A stretch of DNA of 64,000 nucleotides from an uncultured bacterium (lineage in GTDB: Bacteria > Actinomycetota > Actinomycetes > S36-B12 > CAIKAW01): assembly GCA_903825575.1 (NCBI GenBank), contig CAIKAW010000006.1:34168-98167 (forward strand), given 5' to 3'. Shown piece after piece: positions 38,551 to 48,200 of this stretch; within the stretch, counting starts at the first letter, position 1; each line of letters opens with the position of its first letter. The notes beneath the pieces were generated by a model that was not told the DNA's origin, did not search any database, and saw only the letters and a list, made by a program, of their open reading frames with translations. Made by a program: the position numbers and the translations under genes.

Positions 38551-39132
38551 ATGCAGCCAACGATTGAGGCCCAGCTTAGGGACGACATCCAGCGCAGCGG
38601 GTACTACCCCGAATTGGTCTTCGATGCGCTAACCACCGCACTTGCGGGTGAGTTGGTGCGTTCGTATGTAGTCCACCATGAAGCCGCCTTCGACCACGAC
38701 GAACTACGTCGTCACGCAACTGTCTTAGCCCTAACACCAACGCGCTTGATTGTCGGGCACACCGACGAGCACGCTGCCGACGAATCCTGCCCCGACCCGT
38801 ACGCCACGGCGTCAACCGAGGCGGTGCGACTTGAACGGGTTGATTCGGTGGTTGTAACGAGAGTTGCCGCTCGTCCCGCCGCCTATCGCAGTGGTGCCGG
38901 CCTGCGCGAAGTGTTGCTGACCATCGGTTGGGGGGCAGTGTCCCGCATCGATCTTGAACCGGCGGGCTGTGCTGACCCGAACTGTGAGGCTGACCACGGC
39001 TATACCGGTGCTGCCAGTAATGATGATTTGTCGCTGCGAGTTTCCGAGGCGGCCGATGGGGCCGATGTCGTCGCCCAGGCGTTGACGTTTGCTGCTGCCT
39101 TGTCGGAGGCGACAGCCGCAAGATTGCGGTGA
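38551..39132 (+). CDS. Conserved actinobacterial protein (DUF5998-like)
   Basis: 193 aa starting LRDDIQRSGYYPELVFDAL. It lies immediately upstream of, and overlaps, an alkaline-phosphatase-family gene, which I recall as a conserved pairing. The family name is from memory. Confidence 0.5.
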   Translation: MQPTIEAQLRDDIQRSGYYPELVFDALTTALAGELVRSYVVHHEAAFDHDELRRHATVLALTPTRLIVGHTDEHAADESCPDPYATASTEAVRLERVDSVVVTRVAARPAAYRSGAGLREVLLTIGWGAVSRIDLEPAGCADPNCEADHGYTGAASNDDLSLRVSEAADGADVVAQALTFAAALSEATAARLR

Positions 39133-40259
39133 GCGTTTCGCCGTCACCTGACGAACCCAGTCCGCCGGACTACGAGCGCGGCTCGCTCGCTGACGTGTTG
39201 CCGGCCGTGGCCGTTGGGCTCGGTATCACTGGCTTCAGCCCTCGAATCCGAGTAGAACCTGCCGACCGTGCAGTGGTACTCCTTGTCGATGGACTCGGGG
39301 CCCGGGCCTTAGCGCAATATGTCCAGACTGCTCCGACATTAGGCAGATTACGCAGTCAACCGCTCATCAGCGGATTTCCGTCTACGACCGCGGTTGGGAT
39401 TGGGTCCTTAGGAAGCGGGCGTCAACCAGGGACTCATGGCTTGGTCGGAACGATGTTTGTTGTTCCCGAATGGGGAGGCATGCTTGCCCCGTTGCGCTGG
39501 GGAGCGTCCCCAAATCCGATCGCCACCAATCCGAACCGAACGGTCTTCGAAGCCGTAGCTGCGCAAGGCGTCGCCGTGCACGCGGTGGGAGCGACGAAGT
39601 TCGCTAACTCAGGCCTGACGGCTGCCGTCCTAAGGGGTGCCGAGTATGTCGCCGCTGACTCAGTCGACGAACTCGTCTTGCGCACGGGTGAAGTCGTACG
39701 AAAGGCCGAGCGCAGTCTCACGTACGTGTATTGGGCTGATCTGGACAAGATCGGGCATGTTCACGGCGTCGGATCGGCGAAATGGCTCGAAGGTCTAGAC
39801 ATCGTCGACCAACTCGTGGCCAATCTGCTGGCGCAACTGCCCGCTGGAGCGCGGCTGCATGTAACCGCAGACCATGGCATGGTCGAATGCGCGGAATCAG
39901 ACGTAATCGATATCGACACCCAAGCCGGGTTGTTGGACGACGTTGAGCGAATCGGTGGCGAGCCTCGAGCTCGACACCTCTACGTTCGCGAGGGTGCGCA
40001 GGACCACGTCATCGGAGTTTGGCGGACCGCCTTGGGGGATCGAGCCTGGGTGTTGAGTCGAGATCAGGCGGTGGACCTGGGCTGGTTCGGCCTAGTTGAT
40101 CCCGACCTAACAGATCGAATCGGCGATGTCGTCGTGGCGGCTCGCGGTAGAACTTCGTTGGCCTCGCCGCAGACAGATGCCCGGCTTTCAAGTCTGCTGG
40201 GGCAGCACGGCTCGTTGTCGCCAGACGAGATGGACATCCCGCTACTCACCGGTGGCTGA
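39129..40259 (+). CDS. Alkaline phosphatase superfamily protein (nucleotide pyrophosphatase/phosphodiesterase-like)
   Basis: 376 aa with LLVDGLGA, FPSTTAVGIGSLGSG and TADHGM motifs, typical of type I phosphodiesterase/AP-family metal sites. Confidence 0.7.
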   Translation: MSVSPSPDEPSPPDYERGSLADVLPAVAVGLGITGFSPRIRVEPADRAVVLLVDGLGARALAQYVQTAPTLGRLRSQPLISGFPSTTAVGIGSLGSGRQPGTHGLVGTMFVVPEWGGMLAPLRWGASPNPIATNPNRTVFEAVAAQGVAVHAVGATKFANSGLTAAVLRGAEYVAADSVDELVLRTGEVVRKAERSLTYVYWADLDKIGHVHGVGSAKWLEGLDIVDQLVANLLAQLPAGARLHVTADHGMVECAESDVIDIDTQAGLLDDVERIGGEPRARHLYVREGAQDHVIGVWRTALGDRAWVLSRDQAVDLGWFGLVDPDLTDRIGDVVVAARGRTSLASPQTDARLSSLLGQHGSLSPDEMDIPLLTGG

Positions 40260-40341
40260 GGCGTTAGTCTCCACGTCTGGTCTGGTGGCGAAACTGACTT
40301 CCGGACCGGCCTGTCAAAATCACGGTATCGGTGCCCTGGAG

Positions 40342-40989
40342 GTGGATGTGGCTGAACTGGTCTTCTTCGCCGGGACGATGGATTGCGGCAAGTCCACGCT
40401 TGCCCTCCAGACCGACCACAATCATTCTTCGCGAGGTCGGCGTGGAGTGGTGTTCACGCGAAACGATCGGGCCGGGTTCGAACTCCTTTCGAGTCGCCTC
40501 GGGTTGCAAGTACCCGCGGTCGAAGTCGACGCCGAATTCGACTTCTGGCAGTACGTCGTAGATCACCTATCGCGCGGCGATCGCATCGATTACCTAATCT
40601 GTGACGAGGCCCAGTTCTACTCCCGGCGCCAGGTTGAGGACCTGGCCCGTATCGTTGACGACTTAACCGTCGATGTCTTCGCCTTCGGTATCACGACCGA
40701 CTTTCGAACGGCACTCTTCCCCGGTAGCGCGCGGCTTATTGAACTGGCCGATCGCGTGCAGGTCCTTCAGGTCGAGGCGCTGTGCTGGTGTGGGCGGCGG
40801 GCAACCCACAATGCCCGGACGCTGGACGGGGTTATGGTCGTGGAAGGCGAGCAAGTAGTTGTTGGCGACACCAACGCTGGGGCTGAAGTCGGGTACGAGG
40901 TCTTGTGTCGCCGCCATCACGGTCAACAACGCACCGCAGCGAGCGCTAAGGCCTCACACATGTCGGCCACGCCACTGCCGTTCGATTGA
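40342..40989 (+). CDS. tdk: Thymidine kinase
   Basis: GTG at 40342 gives VDVAELVFFAGTMDCGKSTLALQ (P-loop). C-terminal zinc motif CWCGRRATHNAR...VLCRRHH. The track ORF start at 40126 overlaps the previous gene. Confidence 0.85.
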   Translation: MDVAELVFFAGTMDCGKSTLALQTDHNHSSRGRRGVVFTRNDRAGFELLSSRLGLQVPAVEVDAEFDFWQYVVDHLSRGDRIDYLICDEAQFYSRRQVEDLARIVDDLTVDVFAFGITTDFRTALFPGSARLIELADRVQVLQVEALCWCGRRATHNARTLDGVMVVEGEQVVVGDTNAGAEVGYEVLCRRHHGQQRTAASAKASHMSATPLPFD

Positions 40990-41775
40990 TCAGTCCTCTG
41001 GGCGCTTAGCTCCGAATAGGATTTCGTCCCAACTTGGCACACTGGCGCGCTTACGCCGGGTGCGAGCTGCCGGTTCGACCGCGACAGGTTCGGGATCAAA
41101 GAGCACGCTCGGTTTGGGACGACTTTCCTGAACAACGGGTGCGGTCGGTGGTGCTGGCTCAGCTGCCACCGACTCGGGCTCAGGTGTTGAAGGCAGTGCG
41201 ACAAGTCGCGGACGTTCTTCGTCGACGTCGTCGATGAGACGTTTGGCGACATCATCGAAGGCAGTAATCGTGCGATTGACGTGGTCATAAGTCCAAGTGG
41301 CGACAATTGCGCCGCCGCGCTCGCTGTAGGTCAGCACCAACGTCCAACGTCCATCGTCACGTCGATATGCATCCCATTCGACATCGTCCTTATCAACGCC
41401 TGACGAGGCCAACTTCCGTTCGACAAGTTCGCCGAGGGTTACCGGGTGACCGGGACGGCGAAGTTCGACGGTCTGAGCACGCTCGGCTATCCACGCCCGT
41501 TCCTGCAGCACTGGCCCTTCGTATCTGCGAACTCGATCCAAAGAGATATTGCCATCAGCGGCAACTTGTTCGGCGGTTGCTCCGGAACGGATGCGCGCTT
41601 GAATCTCACGCGGGCGCAAACCATCGGCCGAGGCTTCAAGTTGTCCGAGACGGGACCGGTCGCGGCGAACAGCGGTCGCAAGCCGCTCATCGATAGCGAG
41701 CGTGTACTCCTGGCCATCGGCAGCGGACAGGAGCAAATGATCGTCGGACAACCCGACGAACGTCAGCTCGCGCAT
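40990..41775 (-). CDS. sepH: Septation protein SepH (DUF3071)
   Basis: The ATG at 41775 is preceded by AAGGAGG and gives MRELTFVGLSDDHLLLSAADGQEYTLAIDERL..., with an HTH-like region and a disordered C-terminal tail. The track's upstream extension is rejected. Confidence 0.8.
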   Translation of the reverse strand: MRELTFVGLSDDHLLLSAADGQEYTLAIDERLATAVRRDRSRLGQLEASADGLRPREIQARIRSGATAEQVAADGNISLDRVRRYEGPVLQERAWIAERAQTVELRRPGHPVTLGELVERKLASSGVDKDDVEWDAYRRDDGRWTLVLTYSERGGAIVATWTYDHVNRTITAFDDVAKRLIDDVDEERPRLVALPSTPEPESVAAEPAPPTAPVVQESRPKPSVLFDPEPVAVEPAARTRRKRASVPSWDEILFGAKRPED

Positions 41776-41830
41776 GCCTGACCTCCTTGGGACGCGTGGT
41801 GCAGACGGGACCAGTGAGTACCGACGGGGG

Positions 41831-43087
41831 TCAGTCTCGCGCTTCCGGGCCCCCGGGTAAAGCACCGGGGTCGGTGCGCCCTGACGGTGTGGCCGCGGCC
41901 GGGTGGTAACCAGCGCGAATCTCATGTCTGCCCGTGAAAGCCGAAAGCAGGGCAAGCAGCGTTGCTGCCGAACCGACGATGAAGGCCGCGTGCGCACCGT
42001 GGGCATCGATAATGGCGCCCGCCAAGGTGGCGGCCAAGGCGATCCCAACCCCGATACCTGTCGAAGCCCAGGACAAGGCTTCGTTAAGTCGACCCTCTGG
42101 GGCGCTGCCTTCGACTAGCGAGAAACCGGCAATCAGCGTTGGGGAGACGGCGATACCGGCAACCAGAAAGAGCATCGACGCAACTGGAACACTGGGGGCA
42201 AAGTAGAACGGTGCCGAAACCAATGTGAGCACTGTCAGCGACAGCAGGAACGCCTTCGGCAGGGGCGTGGCCTGTTTGCGAGCTCCGAACGCGAGTCCGC
42301 CAACCAAGCTTCCAAGCGACCACAAGGCCAACATCGGGCCCGCATAAGCACGCGAGCCATGCTCCTGAGCGAAGGCCACCGCCGTGACCTCAAATCCGCC
42401 GAATAGCCCGCCGATCAAAACGAACACCGTGACAAGCACTGGCATCCCACGCGCAAGAAGTAGTGGACTTTCGTCGCGTCGTTCGGCCGAGGTCGGGATC
42501 GGTTCGGTCCGGGGCTGCAATTGCAACAAGATCGCGCCAGCAGCAACAAAGCACATGCTCAGCAGCAGCGGCAACGGGGCCGCCACCGAAACCGAGAGCA
42601 GGGTGGCGGCGGGTGGACCGATGATGAAGACAACCTCATCGAGCAAACTTTCGAGCGCGTAAGCGGTCTGCAACCCAGGCGTTCCGGTCAGCAAGTAAGA
42701 CCAGCGAGATCGAATAAGCACAGCGAAGTTCGGAACCAGAGCCCCTGCAAATGCGGCGACCATGACAAATAGCCAAGTGGGCCAATGAAACTCAACCAGT
42801 GATACGAACACGCCAACTCCGGCAATGTGACCGATAGCCAGCCAGGGAAGCATCCGAGATTGGCCCCGCCGGTCGATCAATCGGGCCAGAGTTGGTCCGG
42901 CAAACGATCCGGACAGCACGAACGTCGCCGAAGTTGCCCCGGCTAGACCGTAGGACCCGCCCCTCGCGGTTATTAGCAGGACCGTTCCCAGACCTTCGAG
43001 CGCCATCGGGAGTCGGCCGATGAGCGCTGAGGCGCTCATGGCGAATGCCCCAGGCAGGCGCAAGATCCGCGCATACTTACCAAACAT
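41831..43087 (-). CDS. MFS transporter
   Basis: 419 aa from the ATG at 43087 (MFGKYARILRLPGAF...), with about 12 TM segments. The Arg/Pro-rich upstream extension of the track ORF overlaps hemH and is rejected. Confidence 0.75.
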   Translation of the reverse strand: MFGKYARILRLPGAFAMSASALIGRLPMALEGLGTVLLITARGGSYGLAGATSATFVLSGSFAGPTLARLIDRRGQSRMLPWLAIGHIAGVGVFVSLVEFHWPTWLFVMVAAFAGALVPNFAVLIRSRWSYLLTGTPGLQTAYALESLLDEVVFIIGPPAATLLSVSVAAPLPLLLSMCFVAAGAILLQLQPRTEPIPTSAERRDESPLLLARGMPVLVTVFVLIGGLFGGFEVTAVAFAQEHGSRAYAGPMLALWSLGSLVGGLAFGARKQATPLPKAFLLSLTVLTLVSAPFYFAPSVPVASMLFLVAGIAVSPTLIAGFSLVEGSAPEGRLNEALSWASTGIGVGIALAATLAGAIIDAHGAHAAFIVGSAATLLALLSAFTGRHEIRAGYHPAAATPSGRTDPGALPGGPEARD

Positions 43088-43173
43088 GGCGCCAACGTAT
43101 CGGTTCGCACTCTGATACGTCGGGGGACAACCCCGAGGGGGGCTTGGCGCCGTGGCTGAGCGAAGATTGGCCA

Positions 43174-44196
43174 ATGGACTACGACGCGCTCCTGTTGCTC
43201 TCATTCGGCGGCCCTGAAGGTCCCGACGATGTGGTGCCGTTCTTGGAACGAGTGACGGCCGGGCGGGGGATTCCCCCCGAGCGACTTGTCGAAGTCGGTG
43301 CTCATTACGCCGAATTCGGTGGGCGTTCACCGTTGAATGACCAGAATCGCGCGCTCCTTGAAGGCTTGCGAACTCGGCTACCTGAACGTGGAGTCGATCT
43401 ACCGGTGTTCTGGGGAAACCGCAACTGGCATCCACTCGTGGAAGAAACTCTTCGAGAGATGTCGGATCAGGGCATCAAGCGCGCTGCGGTCTTTGCAACG
43501 AGTGCCTATTCGTCCTATTCGGGTTGCCGCCAGTACCAAGACGACCTAGCAGGTGCTCAAGCCGCATTGCGTTCAGCCGGACTGGTGGTTCCCGAGGTGA
43601 TCAAACTTCCGCCTTATTGGAATCGCGATGGATTTGTGCTTCCTCAGGTGGATGCCCTAATCGCCGCGTGCAAGCAACTAACTCTGACTTCTAGTGACCC
43701 GTTGCCTCGGGTGCTGTTCACAACACACTCGATTCCCACCAGCGCGGCCGCAAACAGTGGTCCAACTGCTGGCGGGGGAGCGTACGTCGTCCAACATCAG
43801 GCGGTGGCTGCCCGAATAGCTGCGGCGACTGGGCTTGCGTTCGGGCGCGAAATTGAGTGGGAACTGGTTTTTCAATCGCGGTCAGGCCCGCCGAGTGTGC
43901 CTTGGCTGGAACCTGACGTTGGCGATCGCATTCGCGAGATCGCCGTCACTGCAGTGCATAAGTCCGTTGTGATATCACCAATCGGATTTACTAGCGACCA
44001 CATTGAAGTGCTGTGGGACTTAGATCGGGTGGCGTTGGGGATCGCCAATGAAGTCGGGTTGTCGGCCGTCCGGGCGGCCACAGTTGGAACCGACGCGCGA
44101 TACGTCGACATGATCATCGACTTGCTGGCCGAAACTCCTAGAAGCTGTGATGCGAATTGCTGTCCAAGGCCGCAGCGTCCCGCGGTAAGGCCATGA
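43174..44196 (+). CDS. cpfC: Ferrochelatase (coproporphyrin ferrochelatase type expected in Actinomycetota)
   Basis: 340 aa from the ATG at 43174 (MDYDALLLLSFGGPEGPDDVVPFLE...) with the typical ferrochelatase N-terminus, ending in a Cys-rich tail (SCDANCCP). Confidence 0.85.
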   Translation: MDYDALLLLSFGGPEGPDDVVPFLERVTAGRGIPPERLVEVGAHYAEFGGRSPLNDQNRALLEGLRTRLPERGVDLPVFWGNRNWHPLVEETLREMSDQGIKRAAVFATSAYSSYSGCRQYQDDLAGAQAALRSAGLVVPEVIKLPPYWNRDGFVLPQVDALIAACKQLTLTSSDPLPRVLFTTHSIPTSAAANSGPTAGGGAYVVQHQAVAARIAAATGLAFGREIEWELVFQSRSGPPSVPWLEPDVGDRIREIAVTAVHKSVVISPIGFTSDHIEVLWDLDRVALGIANEVGLSAVRAATVGTDARYVDMIIDLLAETPRSCDANCCPRPQRPAVRP

Positions 44197-44996
44197 CAGA
44201 CCTTGGGGAGTTGCGCGATTTGGCTCTTGTTGCGGCCCGTGAGGCGGGCGAGTTGCTACTGCACGGGCGCCCCGCGCATTTGACGTACGAGACTAAGAGC
44301 ACCGCCACCGACGTAGTAACCGACATGGATCGTGCCAGCGAAGCACTGCTGGTCAACCGATTGTTGGGTCAGCGCCCAGACGATGGAGTCATTGGCGAGG
44401 AAGGTGCATCCCGAGCGAGCACCACGGGCATAACTTGGGTGCTGGATCCGATTGACGGAACTGTGAGCTATTTGTACGGGCAACCAATGTGGGCAGTTTC
44501 CGTGGCCGCCGAGGACGAACTTGGAGGGGCTGTTGGGGTGGTGCATGTACCGGCCCTTGGCGAGACCTACGTTGGGGTTCGTGGTGCTGGGTCGGTGCGC
44601 ATCAATTCCCAGGGCGAGCAGTCATTGTTTCGAAGTGACGCTGTCGCACTTTCCATGGCAATGGTAGGCACCGGTTTCGGGTACGACTCGAACCGACGGC
44701 GAGCCCAAGCCCGAGTCTTGCTTGAGGTGTTGCCGAAGTTCCGGGACATCCGTCGGCCTGGCGCAGCTTCCATCGATATGTGCTGGGTCGCCGACGGACG
44801 CTTGGACGGCTATTACGAACGTGGACTTTCACATTGGGACTATGCGGCCAGTTCGATCATCTGCCGGGAAGCAGGGGTTAGCGTGCTCGGGCTAAATGAC
44901 GCACCCCCCAACTCTGACATGATCATCTGTGCTGTTCCCAGTTGCGTTCAGGAGTTGCACGACATCTTGGCTCAGGCCCGAGCTAACGAGGACTAG
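44193..44996 (+). CDS. Inositol monophosphatase family protein (SuhB/ImpA-like)
   Basis: ATGA overlap with the ferrochelatase stop. IMPase motifs ATDVVTDMDRASE, WVLDPIDGT and a later WDYAA. Confidence 0.85.
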   Translation: MTDLGELRDLALVAAREAGELLLHGRPAHLTYETKSTATDVVTDMDRASEALLVNRLLGQRPDDGVIGEEGASRASTTGITWVLDPIDGTVSYLYGQPMWAVSVAAEDELGGAVGVVHVPALGETYVGVRGAGSVRINSQGEQSLFRSDAVALSMAMVGTGFGYDSNRRRAQARVLLEVLPKFRDIRRPGAASIDMCWVADGRLDGYYERGLSHWDYAASSIICREAGVSVLGLNDAPPNSDMIICAVPSCVQELHDILAQARANED

Positions 44997-45511
44997 TCGA
45001 TGCGCCGCATTTCGGCGCGGTAGCGACGGCACTTTTCGACGTAGTGTGCCGCCGAATCAGAAATCAGCGCTCGGTCGGCGGCACCGAGCCTAAGTTTGGC
45101 GGGGATCCCGATAGCAAGCGCGCCAGTTGGAACATCGAAGTCATTCGGCACGACTGCGCCAGCACCGACCAGCGCCCACGAGTGAACGACCGCCCGATGT
45201 AGCACCACAGCCCCGGATCCGATCAGGGCATCGTCGGACACGTGGCAGCCTTCTAGATGAGCAAGATGGCCCACGACGCATCGCTCACCGACAATGGTTT
45301 CAAGCTCGGCCGTGCAGTGCAGGACCGCTCCGTCTTGAATGGACGTTTCGGCACCAACAACGATCCGACTGTTGTCGCCTCTGAGCACAGTTCCAGGCCA
45401 GATGCTGGCAAGTGGTCCGATCAGCACGGCACCAATCACTACGGCATCAGGGTGGACGAAGGCTGTCGGGTCGATCTGCGGAATCAGATCTCCCAGCGCA
45501 TAGATAGCCAT
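44993..45511 (-). CDS. Gamma-carbonic anhydrase-like / hexapeptide-repeat (LbH) protein
   Basis: 172 aa from the ATG at 45511 (MAIYALGDLIPQIDPTAFVHPDAVVIG...) with left-handed beta-helix repeats. Confidence 0.8.
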   Translation of the reverse strand: MAIYALGDLIPQIDPTAFVHPDAVVIGAVLIGPLASIWPGTVLRGDNSRIVVGAETSIQDGAVLHCTAELETIVGERCVVGHLAHLEGCHVSDDALIGSGAVVLHRAVVHSWALVGAGAVVPNDFDVPTGALAIGIPAKLRLGAADRALISDSAAHYVEKCRRYRAEMRRID

Positions 45512-45708
45512 TCGACCCCTTCCGTGGCGCTTTGCCGAGTGCGGCGCGACCAGGGGGAAAGTATGGCGTTCGTCACTTGTCATGCCCAGTGCCGGGTCAA
45601 TGCTCACAATTGTCAGCCAGATGAGGCACAATGCGGTGCCCGGACGGGCAGGTACTTGCTGGTCCAGACGTTATAGGCCCAGAACCGCGATTCCTGGGGG
45701 ATCCAGAT

Positions 45709-46008
45709 ATGGCAACAGATTACGACGCTCCACGTAAGACCGACGACGAACTCGCCGAGGACAGCATTGAGGAGCTCAAGGCCCGCCGGGTCGACAAGGG
45801 CGCCTCAACCGTTGACGTCGATGAGGTCGAGTTGGCTGAGACTCTCGAACTGCCGGGGGCCGATCTTTCAGATGAGTCCCTGACCGTTCGGGTCATCCCA
45901 CGTCAGGCTGACGAGTTCACGTGCTCTCAGTGCTTCCTCGTGCACCATCGCAGCCAGTTGGCCCGCGAAGTTGGCGGCCAGCCGGTCTGCCGAGACTGCG
46001 CCGCCTAG
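45709..46008 (+). CDS. DUF4193-family protein
   Basis: 99 aa: MATDYDAPRKTDDELAEDSIEELKARR...FTCSQCFLVHHRSQL...CRDCAA. This is a conserved small actinobacterial protein. Confidence 0.75.
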   Translation: MATDYDAPRKTDDELAEDSIEELKARRVDKGASTVDVDEVELAETLELPGADLSDESLTVRVIPRQADEFTCSQCFLVHHRSQLAREVGGQPVCRDCAA

Positions 46009-46010
46009 AC

Positions 46011-46793
46011 ATGGCTGGCGTCCCGACTTCGTCGGACGACGTCAACTCGGGTGCTGCCAACTCTGCTCAGGGCGCGTCCGACGCGGAACTAATCGCTGCC
46101 TTCGAACGGCTGGAAGGGTCGGGCTCCACTTCAGAACGTTCTCGGGCGCTTTTGGGATTTGCCGGCTTGCTCGCTTCGCGGCTGCGGCGAATCGGCGCTC
46201 GGGTTTTAACTGGTGGACGTCCGCTGGCCGATTTGCTACTTGAACTTGCTCCGCACCTTTCGGTGCGCGATCTGCCCACGCTGCAGAAGCACTTCCCAGA
46301 TCGCGAAGCGGAAGCCTTAGCCGATGTACTGGTGCTAAATGCCGCCCGAGCTACGGCAGCTGTGGGGGTAGCTGGCGGTGCTGCCGCGGCAGCGGAATGG
46401 GCCGCCTTCCCGACGTTGGCGGCAGTGCCAATTCAGATTCTGGCTGAAACCGTTGCCGTAGCGCTGATTGAGGTCAAATTGGTTGCCGAACTTCATGCTT
46501 GCTACGGGATGTCCGCACCGGGGGAGCCCACCCAACGAGGGGTTGCCTACGTGATGGCTTGGGCGCAACGACGCGGAATCGATCCCATGAGCCCGACTCG
46601 AGTCCCCATGGTGCTTGGGATTGCCGGACGGCGCCAGGTTGCCCACCGGCTTGGCGGGCGGCTGGCCCGCAATCTGGGGACCTTGGCACCCATGCTCGTT
46701 GGCGCCCTAGTGGGGGCCCGCTGGAACCGATCTGAAACTCAACGATTGGCCGGAGCGGTGCGCTCTGATCTTCGCAGTCGACTAGTTCGCTAG
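46011..46793 (+). CDS. Conserved hypothetical protein (Ala-rich, possibly membrane-associated)
   Basis: 260 aa from the ATG at 46011, directly after the DUF4193 stop. Coding-like composition. I recognise no family. Confidence 0.5.
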   Translation: MAGVPTSSDDVNSGAANSAQGASDAELIAAFERLEGSGSTSERSRALLGFAGLLASRLRRIGARVLTGGRPLADLLLELAPHLSVRDLPTLQKHFPDREAEALADVLVLNAARATAAVGVAGGAAAAAEWAAFPTLAAVPIQILAETVAVALIEVKLVAELHACYGMSAPGEPTQRGVAYVMAWAQRRGIDPMSPTRVPMVLGIAGRRQVAHRLGGRLARNLGTLAPMLVGALVGARWNRSETQRLAGAVRSDLRSRLVR

Positions 46794-47036
46794 ACCCGTC
46801 GATCTGGTCGGGGTGAGGACTCGCGTAACTACCACGTCTATTACGGCGACCACGGCTGCTGTCGTAACGGCCCACGCGACGATGTTGAGCAGCCGCGCCT
46901 CTTCATCAGTTCGATCCGGCGGAGCTTGCCCAAAGGCGAGGCGGTAGCCGGTTTCCAGGCCACGCTTGACCGCCCAGGTGGCACCCATTGCAATTGCGGG
47001 CACCAAGAACTTGCTGGCACTTGGTTTGCTATCCAT
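46782..47036 (-). CDS. DUF4235-like small membrane protein
   Basis: 84 aa from the ATG at 47036 (MDSKPSASKFLVPAIAMGATWAVKRGLE...) with two hydrophobic helices. The family name is from memory. Confidence 0.5.
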   Translation of the reverse strand: MDSKPSASKFLVPAIAMGATWAVKRGLETGYRLAFGQAPPDRTDEEARLLNIVAWAVTTAAVVAVIDVVVTRVLTPTRSTGLAN

Positions 47037-47038
47037 GG

Positions 47039-47557
47039 CTACATCGTGGCATGAACATCGCGCGCCTGGGTGAGTGCGGCAGCTAATCGTTCTGGGTGCC
47101 GGCTGGTAACCAACCAATACGGGTGCGGATCCTGCGGGTCGGCGACAACCACGGCGACGGCACGTCGGGCGACCGCCAGCCGAAGACACAAGTAGGCATC
47201 CGGATCGGTTGTTGGGCCCCGCAGCGAGCGGGTCGCTGCTTCTGTCAAGACTTGAATCTCCCCGACGAATCGCAATGGAAGCCGAGCTGGCCCAGCCCTA
47301 AAGACTTGATCATCAATGCGAACGATTGGAGCAGCCCGAAACCACAGAATTCCGCCCAACACCGCTTCGGAAATTGCGGTGGTAATCCAGCCAATTGTGG
47401 CCCCCAGGAAATGTCCATAGGCGATGCCGAGAGCGCCGGCCAAAGCGATGGTGAACAACCACCAAATTAGTGGCGGCACCAGGCGTTCTCGGTAACTGAC
47501 GACCTTGCCGTCGATACCCTCGCGCTGTTCGCCAGCGCCGCGAGGAAGTTTGGTCAC
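47039..47557 (-). CDS. DUF3093-family membrane protein
   Basis: 172 aa with YRERLVPPLIWWLFTIALAGALGIAYG followed by a soluble C-terminus. Conserved next to dut in Actinomycetota. Confidence 0.65.
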   Translation of the reverse strand: MTKLPRGAGEQREGIDGKVVSYRERLVPPLIWWLFTIALAGALGIAYGHFLGATIGWITTAISEAVLGGILWFRAAPIVRIDDQVFRAGPARLPLRFVGEIQVLTEAATRSLRGPTTDPDAYLCLRLAVARRAVAVVVADPQDPHPYWLVTSRHPERLAAALTQARDVHATM

Positions 47558-47600
47558 CCAGCAAGAGTGTCAGGCCCTAAGTCGTCGTCAGACTCGCGGG

Positions 47601-47606
47601 TAGGGT
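47601..47606 (+). promoter_or_regulatory. Candidate -10 hexamer (TAGGGT) placed for a leaderless transcript of the thioesterase gene
   Basis: TANNNT-type hexamer 6 nt upstream of the ATG at 47613, with no Shine-Dalgarno sequence between them. Confidence 0.3.
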
Positions 47607-47612
47607 CAGAGC

Positions 47613-48200
47613 ATGTCAGCACGCATCGGTCGGGTAACGGTTCCACCTCCTGACCTCTCGATCCCGCTTCGGCATCCGGACGCGCCCGCGCCCGGCGCGC
47701 CAATGCCAGTCCATTGGAGTCAATGCGTCTGCTGTAGTCCAACCCATCCGGCGGGCCTTCAGCTGTCGCTGATTGCAGGGGAAGGACTCACCGTGCACGG
47801 CCAATTTGAAATCACGGCGTTGCACCAAGGAGCACCGGGGTTGGCCCATGGAGGCCTGCTCTCGGCGGCCTTAGACGAAAGCATGGCGACGTTGAATTGG
47901 TTGGTCGGCGCCCCATCGGTGACAGCTCGACTTGAGATCGATTTCCGCCGCCCAGTCCCCGTCGGCACAACCCTGCACATAATCGCATCGGTCGTCGCTG
48001 CTGATCAGCACAAGGTGTTCACCCGTGCCGACGGTCATTTGGATTCGGCCGGTGGTCCGGTGGCAATTTCGGCGACCGCCCTTTTCGTGCAGGTCCCCGG
48101 GGACCATTTCGTTCGTCATGGCCGCGGGATAGATATCCAAGCTGCCATGATCGAACGAGACGAGCGCCTTTCGCAGCGCGACTTTGAGGTGAATCCATGA
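47613..48200 (+). CDS. PaaI-family (hotdog-fold) thioesterase
   Basis: 195 aa containing [20 protein letters not shown]. Its stop overlaps the dut start. Confidence 0.7.
   Translation: MSARIGRVTVPPPDLSIPLRHPDAPAPGAPMPVHWSQCVCCSPTHPAGLQLSLIAGEGLTVHGQFEITALHQGAPGLAHGGLLSAALDESMATLNWLVGAPSVTARLEIDFRRPVPVGTTLHIIASVVAADQHKVFTRADGHLDSAGGPVAISATALFVQVPGDHFVRHGRGIDIQAAMIERDERLSQRDFEVNP

Noticed and set aside
41776-42048. Upstream extension of the sepH ORF and the analogous extension of the MFS ORF (43088..43435)
   Set aside because: The internal ATGs have strong context (AAGGAGG for sepH; the canonical ferrochelatase gene occupies the other strand for the MFS). The extensions are Arg/Pro-rich and overlap neighbouring genes.
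45512-45708. 197-bp divergent region upstream of DUF4193 examined for promoter, sRNA or leader peptide
   Set aside because: It contains only weak hexamer matches with wrong spacing and no convincing hairpin or conserved motif that I can recognise.
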